Below are positions 13,501-27,159 of a stretch of 64,000 bases of DNA, one piece after another; the stretch's first letter is position 1; each line of letters begins with the position of its first letter. Source of the stretch: Camelus ferus (lineage: Eukaryota). The notes beneath the pieces are model-generated. The model was given only the letters and a program-made list of their open reading frames with translations. It did not search any database and was not told the origin of the DNA. Position numbers and translations under genes: made by a program. The stretch spans positions 90,088,001 through 90,152,000 of the forward strand of contig NC_045697.1 in the NCBI RefSeq assembly GCF_009834535.1, written 5' to 3'.

Positions 13501-14454
13501 ATTAGTTCTTACTCAGGAATTAGTTCCAAACTAATACAGATGATGAACCAAAAAAGTATACATGGGAAATAAAATGTGAAACAGATGGCAGAAGCCCAAT
13601 GTGAGGAATTATACATGTATAGATGATCCGGTCAGAGAAAGCTATTCTGGTAGAAACACTGGGTCCATTCAAGAGACGGTCAAGAAGAAGGATGAAGTGA
13701 AATAGTCTGACCATCATGGTGCAAAAAAAAAAATTTTACAGTATATTTTTGTGATGTAATTCATATAAAGGTATTCTGGTCCCTAGCAAGAAATGAAAAC
13801 AGAACATGCATTATTCATCCTCATTTGCATGCAGTAATTCCCATAAAAATGAACCAAGTGGGACACGCATTCAAAGTCTATGTGGACTCCGATGTGTACC
13901 AAGAAAAAGCTTCATGGCAGAGCCATAATGTTCAATCGTTCATGACAATAGTATGAAAGGATGAAGGTTCAGAGTGTATATGTGTGCTGAGTGTACAGGA
14001 GGATGTACTTATCAACACCCAGATTATTTTTCTAAGTCTGAACTGATTTATTTCTAGTGTCTCTGAGGTCTAATGTATTCTGAAAATTGCTATCAATCTT
14101 ATTTTTTACTTCAGTCTTCCTTTGTGACAGCTGTGTACGCTTTGTGAAATACATTTCATAAGCACTTAAAACAATAACATGCATTAGGATATCAAAATTG
14201 AAATTAAGAAATTTGAACAGTTCATAAAAAGCAGATTTAAGGGCTAACAGAGATAAATTTATGCAACACACTAGTGACACTTTCGTTTCTCATTTTCATC
14301 AGTGTAGTACAATGACGACTTTCACAAAGTACATGGTGACTGTCACCTTCAGCCACACATTTTAAAAATATTAAGACAAAATGTTCTCCTTCCCAGCCTT
14401 TTGTTACATTTTGATTTTGTATTAAAAACCATATGAAGATGAAAGGATTGGAGA

Positions 14455-14650
14455 ATCATTTTATTGAGCATCTACAATGTGCTAGCCACTATTCTAGCAG
14501 CTCCTGTAATCCTCAAAACCCTCTAGACTTGCTTACTGTTACCACTATTTTATAGATGAGGAGGTTAAGTAAGCTTGCCACATTCATAGAGTCAAGTAAC
14601 AAAGCTAGACTCCAAACCCAGCTCCAAAATTCCCTCACAGAACTGTTACA
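14455..14650 (-). mobile_element. MIR SINE
   Basis: ttttattgagcatctacaatgtgctag...ctattttatagatgaggaggttaagtaagcttgcc. Confidence 0.8.
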
Positions 14651-15294
14651 CTATATTATTTTTCTATACTGAACATATCCATAAACATTCTACTTTAATT
14701 CCTAAAATAATTTGGGATTGCTGACTGGTAGTAAGTGATCTATGTCTGTAGTTTCCTGCTGAAATATTCTTTCTCTTGAATTAGTTAATTAACCTGTTAT
14801 TCTCCATTTTCTAAAAATAAAGAATATCTCTCTTGAAAACATTTCCATTACTGGACCTAAATGAGTAAAACAGACCCCAATTATTCACAAAACTACTCCC
14901 TTTAGATGTATACACAACTGAATGAATGAATGAATCAGCGAATACACAGGCCTGTGTGTACACGTGTGTGTATGTATGTGCGGTATTTAACCCTCCAACT
15001 GAAATCAATAAGAACTGCTTTGAGACAAAATAATCCAATACTTAATTCTTCTACCACAGCTATACTGCAAATTTATATTTTAATGTAGTATCTTACAGAG
15101 TCACCTTATTGCCAGATATTACATTTAACTCTGACATCAAATTCATATTGTTTCTCTTTAAATACATCTAAAATTTTAAAATCTGTATGTGTTACTCAGT
15201 CAAAATATTAAACTGAAAGGTAGAAATTTTAAAATAAATAAAAAGTTTCAGGTATTCCAAAGTCTAATGTTTTCCAAACTTTTTCAAGATTTTT

Positions 15295-15446
15295 CCCATG
15301 TTGGTATACTCATCTGTATATAGTCTACTAACGTAAATGTCAATCACATCTAATAAATACCTTCACAGCAACACCTAGACTAGTATTTGACCAAACAACT
15401 GGATACTGCAGCCTAGTCAATTTGACACATAACATTAACCATTACA
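15295..15446 (-). mobile_element. MLT2D-like ERVL LTR, 5' fragment
   Basis: Reverse complement begins tgtaatggttaatgttatgtgtcaaattgactaggctgcagtatccagttgtttggtcaaatactagtctaggtgttgctgtgaaggtattt, the MLT2 5' end. Confidence 0.88.
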
Positions 15447-16490
15447 GCTGCTCACATGTAAATTTTAAATTTGGAAACTTTGAAGATCACAGAAGACAAA
15501 TATTAGTGAAACTGATTTTGCTTTCCTAAATCCTAAGCAGCTTATTTTAAGCCTCAATGACTGCAAATATGAGCATACCCAATCTTGAATAACTGTACAA
15601 AAACACTTTCCACAGAATGAACACAATTCTACTGAGGAACAATACTACTAACGGAAAGGAAAAACTTTTAGAACTCGAATTGTATTTGCAGACCACACAA
15701 AATGCTGCCGTGTCCTACATCAAATGCCGTTTCAGCAACTGGAAAAAGAGCCTTGGTCTGACATCATGGTGCTGTGATGGCTTCCTTCCAACAGGCCAAG
15801 GGACAGGGAAAACTGGGAAAGTCACTGCTGTACCCAGAAGCAACATATTAATGTCAGATATAAATCTGATAGTACTGCATACGTTACGTCAGTCATCACA
15901 CTCACAGCTAATTTCATTACAAGACTAAAACTGGAAACTCCTAGCATTCTGGCTTGTACTTTCAGGGCACAGTCAAAACTCCATGTCACCTGAGGCACTC
16001 AAGGCAAAATTCCAGACTGCCAACAGCACTACCTAATTTGCCTATATAGTTGCATATTTTTGCTGCAAAGATAAAGTGTGTAGCAGTGATATTTGCTTGT
16101 GTTTGCATGTTACCAGATAAGTGGCTTCAAAGGTCCTGTTTTTCCAACCCTCAACCAATAGAATTCCAAGGTCATCATTTCTGTACTTGCTTTCTGAGAG
16201 AGAAGTTGAGACTGGGTTGTGTTTAAGTTAAGTGCTCTGACACAGCAATTAAGGCTGATTTGCAATATATACACTTTTCTTAAAATACTTTCTATTGCAT
16301 ATTAATCCAAAATATCACCACCAAACTATTTTTTAATTGTAATATAATACTGGTTGCTGCATCTCTGCTGTTTAGTGGCTTATATGCAAAAGATTTATGA
16401 TCAACCCTTTCAGTAGTTATAGATTAAACAATGTCAGATTGAATAGCTATCCATTAAGTATTCTATGTGCTTGGCCTTTTCTCATATGGG

Positions 16491-16685
16491 CATTCATTCA
16501 ATCAGCTATGCCATCTTTCAACAGAAATTAGTGAGCATTATGTTGTTCTAGGTATGGGCACTCAGGACATTCATGGGAAAACAATGGTGCCTCAGAAAGC
16601 TTACAGTTTTCTAAGGGAGAAGAGAAGTAACAAATTAAAATACAGTACAGTATGGTAGCGTATTGAATATTGTGGGAGTTTGGGA
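16491..16685 (-). mobile_element. L2 3' fragment
   Basis: cattcattcaatc...ggtgcctcagaaagcttacagttttctaaggga. Confidence 0.7.
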
Positions 16686-17258
16686 AAATCCAAATCTCTT
16701 AGAATGACCAGGGCTCAGATTTAACATGAGGTAGAATAAAGCTATATATGAATTAGAATAAGGATTAAAATACTGCAAAGAAAGCACAATTTTAAAATAT
16801 GATTTTATAATGATACAAATCTATTTAATAAATATAGACTATTTTTTTATATTTCCACCAACAACATACGAAGATTTTTATTAAAAGTTTTAAAGACATA
16901 AACTGTGAATTAAATGAGTTCTTTTTAAGAAAGATGTCCAGCAATCTTTATCAAGAACCAGGAAATCCAATAACCCATTTCTTCAGAAAAGGGAATCAAG
17001 GGTAAGTTTCAGTCTGTCTATAACACAGTGCCATGTAAGTACTAAGGAATTTCTCCAAAAGTCACACAGGGTAATGCATCATAAATTCTGTGATCCATGA
17101 GTAAAACTCCTGGTATGTGAGAGATGCTCATTCCTTGAAACACAGACTATTCTTGTTTAATCTTACATACCATGTCATTCTGATTATAATCATTTTGATT
17201 GCAATAAATGATGTAACTGAGGCTGGGACGAATTTATCCAGCCAATTTTGCTGAGTAC

Positions 17259-17620
17259 TTTGGTAGACAGTGTAACTGTCCCCAAAGAGAACCACATCCT
17301 AATTCCTGGAACCTGTGAATATGTCACCTTACAAGGCAAAACAGCATTTGTAAATGTGATCAAAGATCTTGAGATGGGGAGATTATCCTGGATTATCCCA
17401 GCAAGCTCAATAACAGGAAGGCAGGAAAGCCAGATTTAGAGGAGATGTGGTGACAGAAGAAGAGTTGGGAGGAAGGGGTCCCGAGATGAGGAGCCTCTAG
17501 AAGCCGGAGAAGCAAGAAAATATGTTCTCCCCTAGAACCTCAGGAAGGAACACGGCCCTGTGGACACCTTGATCTCCAGACTGTAAGATAATAAATGTGC
17601 ATTGTTTAAAGCCACTAATG
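17259..17620 (+). mobile_element. MLT1D/MLT1C-like MaLR solo LTR, inserted in a MIR
   Basis: ccacatcctaattcctggaacctgtgaatatgtcaccttac...gatcttgagatggggagattatcctggattatcc...ctccagactgtaagataataaatgtgcattgtttaaagccactaa. Confidence 0.9.
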
Positions 17621-17870
17621 TGCCTGGCATTATTACAATACTTTACATGAATGAAATCATTTCAGCCTCACTTACCATGAGTCAGGTACTGCTAAGGGAC
17701 TTATATTTAATCGTCACAACAATCCTTTTAATGTAGGTACTAGCTTTATCTCTATTTCACAAGTGTGAAAATCAGGGCCCAAAGAGTTAAAATAATTTGC
17801 TTAAGGTCATACAGCTAGTCATTGACAAACCTTGAGCCTGAATCTAGGCTGCCTCTTGATTCAAAGGGTT
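17621..17870 (-). mobile_element. MIR SINE fragments
   Basis: atttaatcgtcacaacaatcc...gtaggtact...aataatttgcttaaggtcatacagctagt. Confidence 0.8.
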
Positions 17871-17927
17871 TTTGTTTTTTGGGGTTTTTTTTCCCCATGT
17901 CCACACACCTTAGTAAATATCAAAAAG

Positions 17928-18454
17928 TGTCTTAATCTGTGTTTCCTCAAAAGAAGCAGAGGCTGAGAAAAACATCTGTGTGCAGATAATTTACTTTACA
18001 TATAGATCCTAAGAATTAGGAATAGGGCACTTGTAATAGAGAAAGAGAGAAGAAGGAAAAGGCAGTTCAAGGACACCTTATCAAGCTGGTCTCACTCATA
18101 ACAACTGGGGTTTCATCCCACTGAAACCCTCGTAGGAGGGTGGAGAACGTATCTCAGAACTGGCTACTCAGGGTAACAGCAGAAGGAAATATTTATCCAA
18201 CCCGCTCACGTTCCTTATCGATCTAAGTGTTTCTCACACTTTCAGGCCTGTACATCCACCAGGATAGCTGAGTGGATTTCCATATCTCCCATGTGGAGGC
18301 AGCTGAGAAGCTGTGTGGTGACAGATACTCAATGCAGCAGAGGTGAGGTTCTTCCAGGTTAAGCCTGCCCCAGCTGGTTGCTATGGCAATGACTGAAGAA
18401 AAAAAAATGTAGGCTGAAAGAATGTAACATTGGACATAAGAGGAATCTGACACA
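17928..18454 (-). mobile_element. LTR33-like ERVL solo LTR
   Basis: TG...CA-bounded element; tgtcttaatctgtgtttcctcaaaagaagcagaggctgaga at one end and ctggttgctatggcaatgactgaag...aagaggaatctgacaca at the other, as in reversed LTR33. Confidence 0.75.
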
Positions 18455-18639
18455 GCTAGTCTTTGATCTCAAATTCCAGATTCTTTCTATTGTATCATCA
18501 TGCATCTATTCAAGTAATCACTTGTTCCTGCACTGATATGACCTATTGGTTTCCATGAGAACAGCTGACCAATAAAATGCATCCCTACCATGTAGCTCAT
18601 GAAAGTTAGGTTATGCTGTTTTATACGGATTACTTTTGC

Positions 18640-18775
18640 CTCACTAAATGGAAGTTAAATTCCTACAAGCCAGATGTAATAACATATACCACTCTTGTTT
18701 TTTCTATAATATCCAGTTCAACAATGGACTCAAAGCAGGAACTCAAAAAATTTATATGAATTATTTTCGTTTGAA
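18640..18775 (+). mobile_element. L2 3' end fragment
   Basis: cactaaatggaagttaaattcctacaagcc...agcaggaactcaaaaaatttatatgaat. Confidence 0.55.
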
Positions 18776-21379
18776 TGCAACTTACTGTATTATAAATAAT
18801 TACTGGCAGAAGTTAAATAGCCTCACTAAGGATTTTCATCAAATACTTTCTTCATGTTCTCATGATCCTTTCAAATTTTTTGCAATTCTTTTCCTTCTAA
18901 TTTTAATGGCTTAATGTTTTTTGTCTAATATATCACATGATTAGATAATTTGCTTTCTATCATTAGACAGCAGAACCACCAAGGACCAAGCCTAGAAATC
19001 TTGTAGAATGCTTCTTTCCAGATAGACTACAGTCCAAATTAAACAAAAAAAGCTTTAAAAAATTCCCAAGTATAATTTTCCATACATTTTTCATTTTTAT
19101 AAGGAACATTTCTTTTCAATTGGACAAAATGTACACTTTAATAGAACATTCAAGCAATGACAGTATTAGATAGAATACGTAGGATAATATGGTAGTGACT
19201 ATCAGTTATTAATTTGAGTCCAATTATTATAGGTATAAGGGAAACTAGTCAGTTGTGATATACTATGTAATACTGCTGTCCAGTAAGTGAAAGACAGCCA
19301 AGTGTTTTGTACATTAGCATCACAGGAACATTTCTTAGGATACTGCATCCATTTTTTAAAAATTACTCTTTATCTCATTTCCAAGACAGAAATATTCCAA
19401 TAAAGAAAACTCCATACTAACATACTAAAAGAAATACAGAAAGTAAACTTTGCTATAAATATTCAAATTTGCTTGAGATTTTTTCAATCTCTTCTTGGTT
19501 TTACACCTATCAGAACAGTGTTTTTGGATAAAATAAGGCAAAAAAAGCTCCACTGAGAGTCGCTGCCATTTGTAACCACAAAAATTAAAATGAAGTCATG
19601 TACCAAAAGTTATTGTGATTCGGAAGACACTAATCTGCATAACTGACTAAAGCTGCTTTGAAATCTTATTCTTCAATATTATTTCATTTAATGAATAACT
19701 GCATATAAATATTTTTCTATACATATATATCATAGATGAATGATTCCTATATATTCATTACTTTAAAATCACTTAAAGTTATTGACAGAAAAGAAATTTG
19801 TCTTTAATTTCATCTGCATTTAACAGAAATGTTTTCTAGACATAACTGCACAAAAGTTTTTAAAATTAAGATCCGTTATGTTTTTTAAAGCTTAATTAAC
19901 ACTTGTTAAGGATAAGTCACATAATTCAGGTTTTGGAGGCTCTAGGATTTTGTGAGGCTCATTAATCATGATCAAGTACACCTTGGAAAAAACATCTTAT
20001 GCCAATGAAAAGAACTACTCAGCTACAGAAATAAGTCATCAATTCACAAGGAAATGTGGGGCTTCAGTTTTTATGGGCTCATCGGAAAAACCTGCACATC
20101 ATAAACACATATACTTGGTATTTAGTATTATTGCTTTTAGAATATGGAAAAAGGACAAAAAACCCAATCTTGCAAATAAAAAGACTAGTTCAAGATTCCA
20201 ATTTTTTTAAAATCATAGACTCAAAAGCTTCTTAAGAATAGGCATGGATCTTTAAAGAAGGCTCTTTGGAAGCCTGATACAATTATTCAAATTGTAGAGC
20301 ACAGAAATTTAAAACCTATCTTTCAAAGGTAAGAACTCAGTCTTTGAAGAGCAATAATTTTAAAAACTAAAAGAATTATTTTCTTACGTTTTATTAGAAG
20401 AAAAGAGGCTATAACACTGCGGTTACAAGTTGCAATTCCATAAGAAGTTTTTTATTCATACTGATGTTATAATTATTCACCCACCTGTTAGGTTCCCATA
20501 TTTTCCCTGATTCTACAGTGAGATTTCAGAGAATGGCCTCTGATTTCTGAACCTATCAATGGGCATGATGAACTAGAGAATAAGACTCAGCAGAGCTTCT
20601 GGAATGCTGGAAACACCAGGGAAAACTGTGTGAAATGTAACATATCCCAAATTATATTAGCCCATAGTTGAAATTACATGTAATTTATCTTACAGGAATA
20701 TTGTTTCAACCATCTGTGTCAAATAACTCAATTGTCTAACAGCACTAAAAAGTATGCAATTACAACAGGAATTATATTAGACTTTTCTGAGTTCTTCTGT
20801 AATGGGAAAATAGACCAATGAAGAAGATCAAAACCCAAAGAAATATAAAACAAACCTTCACATAACATAAAAACTTAGCCATCCAACATCTCATCCAGTA
20901 ATTAAAATAAACAAAGTATCCATTTATCATCTTGTGTCTCGAATTTTAGTGAAATAGCTTCTGACAGTGTTCTGAGAAATTTCCTTTGTTCACAAACCAG
21001 ATGTATGATGACCAGCCAGGTTTAGGTGGAAGAAGACTTTCATTCTCATTAATCTGTTGACAGATAAGTATGTCAGTGATGCCATGTAGTACCATTTGAC
21101 CAAAGGGAACAGAGGGATACATTCCTCTAGTTTCAATAATTTCCTAATACATATTATATGTTGTTCTTAAAACTTCTTTTCATTTCAGTACAGATACACT
21201 TTCATCAAATATTTTTTTCCTAGAATCTACCCTAGTGTTCTTTGTTTTTCAAAATTTCAATTATAATTACATATGTCCTCAGCTGAGTGGTATGCTAAAA
21301 TCCCAAAAGCAAAAAGTGAGGAAGAGAAACTAGGGACTGGGTCAAGTGTGGGAGTGATAATTTCAATTAATGAGAAGAT

Positions 21380-22065
21380 ATGAATCAAATGAAATACAAG
21401 AAAAATATGTAAATTTTGCTGATTTTATACAAAATGCGGATGTTCATATAATCTAAAACTTTGCAATGAGGTCATCAGTGACAAACTGGTTACTGAAGAT
21501 CATGGTAGAGAGGATTTAACATGAGCCACTGCACCAAAAAAAGTTGTTATATACTCTGTATACTCTGAGAAAGTTTATATCTGAAACTTGATAAAGGTTT
21601 CCTTCTGTTTGACAGCAATCTTTAAAAAACTGACAAAAGATTACCAATAAAGAGTTGTAAAGATAAAAGAGGTTTTTCTAAATTATTGTTTTTTTTTAAT
21701 ATATTCAAGCCAGGCTAGAGGAAAGACTGAACTACTCCTCTACTTTCCTTTATGAAAAATATTGCAAAATTACTTTCATTTGAAAAAGTGATCAAAGTGT
21801 ATGCAAGCAAAAAATGTAAAAAAACCCCAGTATTATTAGCGATATAACAGGTAGCTAATTAATAAAAACATAGCATTATAATTATGACTTCTGTGGTGAC
21901 TGTGTTATTTGTAAGTTTTCTTAAGTTAGTATTTTGTGTGTAATTTTTAATTTTAAATAATCATTGTACACTTAATTCTTTATATGTAATTTGGTATTCT
22001 TTTTCTTAGAGAGGATCCTGCAACTATATACACTTCAGGGTCCACAGATCCTAGAATCACCCCTA
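21380..22065 (+). mobile_element. Zaphod/MER115-like hAT-Tip100 DNA transposon, 3' part
   Basis: Degenerate hAT dimerisation-domain coding remnant (ttaccaataaagagttgtaaagataaaagaggtttttctaaatta ~ LPI.SC...R.FSKL; ctagaggaaagactgaactac ~ LEERLNY) and Zaphod-type terminus ttcttagagaggatcctgcaactatatacacttcagggtccacagatcctagaatcacccct; left boundary uncertain. Confidence 0.75.
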
Positions 22066-22723
22066 TTTTGAAACTGAACATCAATCAGCAAGTTAGAAGG
22101 AACACAAAATGGCAGAGACACCAAAAAGCAGCAGCCAGCAGAGAAGGCCAGAGTTACCAGGTTCAGCCAAGGATGGATGCTTAGAATTCCAGAAAGCAGC
22201 AGTGTGGCTCAGGAAGTAGGGCGCTTTCCTGGTTCTCAGACTGGCCCTTAACTTGGAAAGAGAATGCAGAATTCTATTGTGTAAAGGTGCCAAGGTCACT
22301 CTAGGTAAAAAAAAAAGCCCATTTTTAGGAGAGGAAGACTATTTCTAAACCTCACCAGATGGCTTGAGATGAGACTCAGTATCGAAGAAGCCCTCCTCTC
22401 GTCAACAGGATCATAAACAGTGGTTGGCTTATAAGAAAAAATAAAATATGGCAGTGATCCAAGAACATGAGGCATTTTCCCAACATTTCATTCTAATTTG
22501 AAATGTCTAAGGGCAGATTCCTTGACCAGTTGTTTGATGTTGAATCAAAGAATGTCCTCTGAGTACAGGTCACTGATTAGTATAACACATTTTTTAAACC
22601 ATATCCATACCACTGAGTCAGTAATTTTCAGTTTCATTTTCTGTTAAAATTGAAAGATTCTCACAAAGTAACTTGCTTACAGACTCCTTCTACATTTCTA
22701 TGACATTTTCCAACCATTTATAC

Positions 22724-22797
22724 TTGTGTTTTCCATATGAAATTGTCAATTTAACCATTTATGACCTATAAAAATGGTCATTTCATAAGGTTAATTT
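22724..22797. mobile_element. MADE2 mariner-derived MITE
   Basis: ccatatgaaattgtcaatttaaccatttatgacctataaaaatggtcatttcataaggtt matches the palindromic MADE2 consensus. Confidence 0.75.
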
Positions 22798-22985
22798 GTG
22801 ACTTACAAAAACAGCAATAATATACCTTGCATCTACTTAATTCCTATGTTAATTTCTGAGTCTTTAAAATACAATCAATTTACTTTCCATAGGAAAAAAA
22901 TTATCTCTTTCTGAATGTATCTTATGTGGATCTAAGTAATGTTTAAATAAGCGTACTGGCAATAAGTACAATCTCTATAAACAGG

Positions 22986-23428
22986 TTTAGTGGAATCTGT
23001 AACGTGTCACTCACATCCCTGTTCAGGACTGAAGGACTTGCTCTCCCAGTTACTGGGAGTACAGCACACATAGCCCTCCACTGCCAGCCCTCCCTGGGAA
23101 CTGCATCTGGGAAGAGAAAGCCACTTCTTGGGGGCAGCCCACAGCTAATGACAAGTCAACATGAGAGGAGCAAGGTCCAGCCCCTTGACCCCCACCCCCC
23201 CACCAGTGTGAGACATCTCTAAGGATCATTCCAGATTTCAGGAGCTGTTTGTGGTGTTAAATGAAGGGTTTTTTTGAAGCTATGTTGCAGCCCAACTTCT
23301 CCCTTTGCTGAAGCCTGTTTCCTTCCCCTACCTTCTCCAGGTGTTGATTCAAGACCACTCACTCATAAACAACCAGTATCCTTATCTCCATCTCAGAATC
23401 TGCTCCCCAGTGAACTTGACTGAAAATA
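22986..23428 (+). mobile_element. LTR16C-like ERVL solo LTR
   Basis: ttcaggactgaaggacttgctctcccagttactgggagt...gggggcagcccacagctaatgac...caacttctccctttgc...caggtgttgattc...tctccatctcagaatctgctcccc is colinear with LTR16C. Confidence 0.85.
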
Positions 23429-25205
23429 GAACAAATGACTCTTTATTATAAGTAAGTAACTTAAAAATTTATAGGAGCAAAGGTGCACAAGAACATCTCA
23501 GAGAAGCCAGCTTACAGGAAGTATGCATGTGCTCTTGGCTGTCATCAGTACATTTTACAGGGAGTATTAATGAACTGGTAGTTTTCAGTTAAGAGATCAG
23601 TGAAGAGATCTACTGAACTTGGCCGGGCTCAGTCAGGATTGTCTCCAGCACTGGGGGAAAGAAAGCCTGGATGGCAGATGTCTTCTACTTATAATTCATT
23701 CTTGGTAGAAAAGACAAGGATTGGCAGTTTTGTATAAATACAAAGGCCAAACAATGGAATCAATGAACTGGACCCCCTCAACAGGTGAGTCAGATCACAC
23801 ACACAGTAATTTAGTTCACCACTGATTCACGCCCATTACGCGAGCAGGACACGCTCAAGTGGCCAAGGACAGACCATCTCATTGTGATGTGAATCTCACC
23901 ATAAACTTTCAGAGCAAAGACTGTTTGAAATTTATCATATCCTTGACTTTTATTTTCCACAGCACATCTCTTTATAAGTAAAGTACAAGGCATATATTAT
24001 AGTGGAAAAGCATTATAAGTCAAAAAAGTAAGGGAGTTCAAGACATACACATTCAAGAAGAAATGCACATAATTTTTATGAGTAGTCCATTTAATTATGT
24101 ATGTACTAACTCCTCTTAGTAAGGAGAAACTAGGCTTATGGCACGGTTTGCTATTTCCACATAGTTCTAGGCCTATTCCCATTCCATGCTCTTTGAAGAG
24201 ATAGCATAACAATTCCAACAGAGTATTGTGGCTCTCCACTTAAGGGAGAGGAGAAGGGGACCTTAAAGCTGAAATCTCATCCTATGACAGACCCTGTGGA
24301 ATGAACAGATCAGTTCAATATATATTTTACTACAGGATCAAAGCTGGAAGTCACTGCCAACCAAGTTCTTAAATCAGTCTTGACCATATTTGCCAGCATG
24401 TAGATACATCTCTGGAGTCTATCTCTTCAGGTCCAAGCACATCATAATCTAAAAAGATATCTGAATTTCTATACTTTTGTAAGTTCAAAATAAACTCCAG
24501 AAACCAAATCAGTATCTCCAGAGTGTTTGACATTGGTGCAGACTGCAGGCATAACCTTCATTCTACATGTCCATCAAATTAAAGCAGGACTCCTAAAGAA
24601 GCCAGATAATCACCACAGAGCTTTATTCAGTTGAACAAGACAGCCTACATAAGCAAAATAATGAGAGGCAGAAGGACTAGCATGCATTTCAGAAAGAAAT
24701 TTCCAGAGGGTTCAGCTAATTACTACTTAAAAACAACTGCCTATATTCAGATGCCAACTGAAAGATTAACCCAGTGGCTCAGGCTATATTATTTGCCTTT
24801 TAACCACCACAGACAATGTGCCTGTGGTGACCGTGCTCACAGCAGGGCCCAGAGCACCCTGTTGAGTAGCCTGTAGAGGGTGATGGTTTGAGGGAATACA
24901 GCTGCTGTCAGGAGACAAAACTGCACATTAAAATTTCAGAATGTTTTTCCTTTGGGTTATTTTGTACTTGTGAATGGAGAGCCCATTCTCTTATGCCCTC
25001 CTTCCATACATACACACACACACATGTACATACACACACGCTTCATACTGATGCAGTCATTACCAAGCCATGATGATTGGGATATCTGAAAGTCAGATGT
25101 TGTCTTGACTGGGGACTAATTGAGATAACTAAAATAAACTCAGACACATTACAAAAGGAAACAGAAAAGCCTTTATATATATTTCTCCACCATGCACAAG
25201 CAAAG

Positions 25206-25258
25206 CATATATATATACATATGTATGTATATATGTGTATATATATATATAGAGAGAG
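25206..25258. repeat. (TA)n/(TATG)n/(GA)n compound microsatellite
   Basis: atatatatatacatatgtatgtatatatgtgtatatatatatatagagagaga. Confidence 0.85.
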
Positions 25259-25699
25259 AATATATTGCACAGATAAGAATCTTTTCCACATAGTAGCCTT
25301 TAATTTTCACTTTATTTTAAAATAAAAACGACTCTCATGTAGAAAAAGGAAAGAAGGACATTTGAAGCAGATGAAACAGGGAATGAAATACACAGAAATG
25401 CAAGTGAGCCATGGACATTTAGGGAACAGTACATCAGCTCCCCGAAAGGCTATGGCTCTGAGCCGGCAGTCACATGCATCCTCCTGCACTGTTTGCGGTC
25501 CACCACATAGGGTGCCTGAACTTGGCACAAATGCCCAGGCCAACCTTTACCAAGACCCATCACGCACAGCAGCCCAAACCTGATGCTGTGCTCCACAGAC
25601 ACATTCTCAGAGGGAAGTTTTAAAGATGAATTGAGCATCAAATATCAAGTACTCTAAATTAATAAGAACTATAGGCCAAAATGAAAAAGCATTTCTGTA

Positions 25700-26105
25700 T
25701 TTTGTGTTTTTCAATGTGCAGCTCCCCGACAAACCCCACTATGTCACACCTGGATACCTCCCTGCAGCTTGTTCCCTCTGGGAAAGTGTTCCTCCCCAAG
25801 CTCCTACTCAGACAGGCCCGATCTTCTTCGTGGGCCGAGCCTGAAAGGCTCCCTGCCCTGTGAAAGCTTTCTCCACTCCTGCTCTTTAATACGTGAATAA
25901 CAGACGTAGCCATTTTATGCTTGTTGTAATTTGTGAGACTGGTTTTCAAATTCCCTCTTATCCAGCCCCTCTTTGCCTCCCCTACCACAGATTATGAGAT
26001 CATAAAGGGCAGAGAGTGCAATTTATCCTTTCTCTGTCCCTGGCACTTAGTACAGTACTTGACAGACAGTAGGTTCCCAGGAGATGTATGACAAATGAAA
26101 AAATA
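25700..26105 (+). mobile_element. L2 3' fragment
   Basis: agattatgagatcataaagggcagagagtg...tccctggcacttagtacagtacttgacagacagtagg...aaatgaa. Confidence 0.7.
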
Positions 26106-27159
26106 ATTTCTAGGCTTGTGCTGGTTGTCCTTGGTTTCTTTCCTTTCGGTTCAGAAGAACAGGTGGCTCACTTGGTGAGGATGATGATACTTGCTGAGAT
26201 GTAGCATCTTACCCCCTGCTCCAAAATGCGTCAATTTATAAGTAATTGGGCTTCATTCTCTAATGCTCAGCTGGCAGAAGCCTCTGAAATTCCCCCACAA
26301 GGAGAGGCCCTGGAATCATGTTTTCACACCATAGATGTGAAGTCAGATTTTGCTCTCACCTCTAATTCTTACCACCCTCTGGGTTACAGGAGGGATATGA
26401 AACCTTAATTTCACCATATATTACTTATATACATCTATAATCTAAATGGTTTTATAAATCTCAGTAGAATCTAAATCTAAATCTAAATGGTTCCTATAAC
26501 CTTATCAAAGGGTCATACAAACCCACACACACATTAAAAAAAACAAAACTCTTTGACCTTCAACTCACTGAAAGAACAAAATACCTCAACAATAATTCGC
26601 CCCAGAATACAAGTTTGGCTCCATAAATAAGGATCAGAGTGAAGGAGTCTTTTTCTTCTCAACTAGGAAATTTTTCCCTGCAGCATAAAGAGAAATAAGT
26701 TCAGGGATTGTTTCCTTTACATATATTTCCCAGCAGTTTTATATGTTCCTTCTTTTAGCTTTATAAAACCTATATAATCTCATCTTCATTCATCCATTCC
26801 ATAATTTAACAAATAGCTCATTGAAAGAAATGATGATTAAAAGGATTCTAATCAAACTAACTTGACTTGCTGCCCTTCATTTATGTTTTCACTAGCACTA
26901 CATTCACACTAATTTTGAAAAGTTTCCAATAATCTTACTTTATAATATAATAATATCCTACTATATTTTACTTAGAGTGAATCCAACTTGATATCCAACT
27001 TGAATCCATCCCTGAGTTTTGCACGGTGAGTATCAAGATCCCAGATAAAAGGGCTGTCAGAAATAGTCTCAGAATCTCTGGTCCTTGTATTTGGATCGTG
27101 AGGGACACTGTACCCAGGAAAGGGTGAGAGTGTGGGAAACTCAATGGCAGTCAAAGAGA

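Noticed and set aside
24888..25641. Overlapping ORFs with HT/YI repeats
   Set aside because: Produced largely by (CA)n/(TA)n microsatellites; the neighbouring ORFs show no recognisable homology
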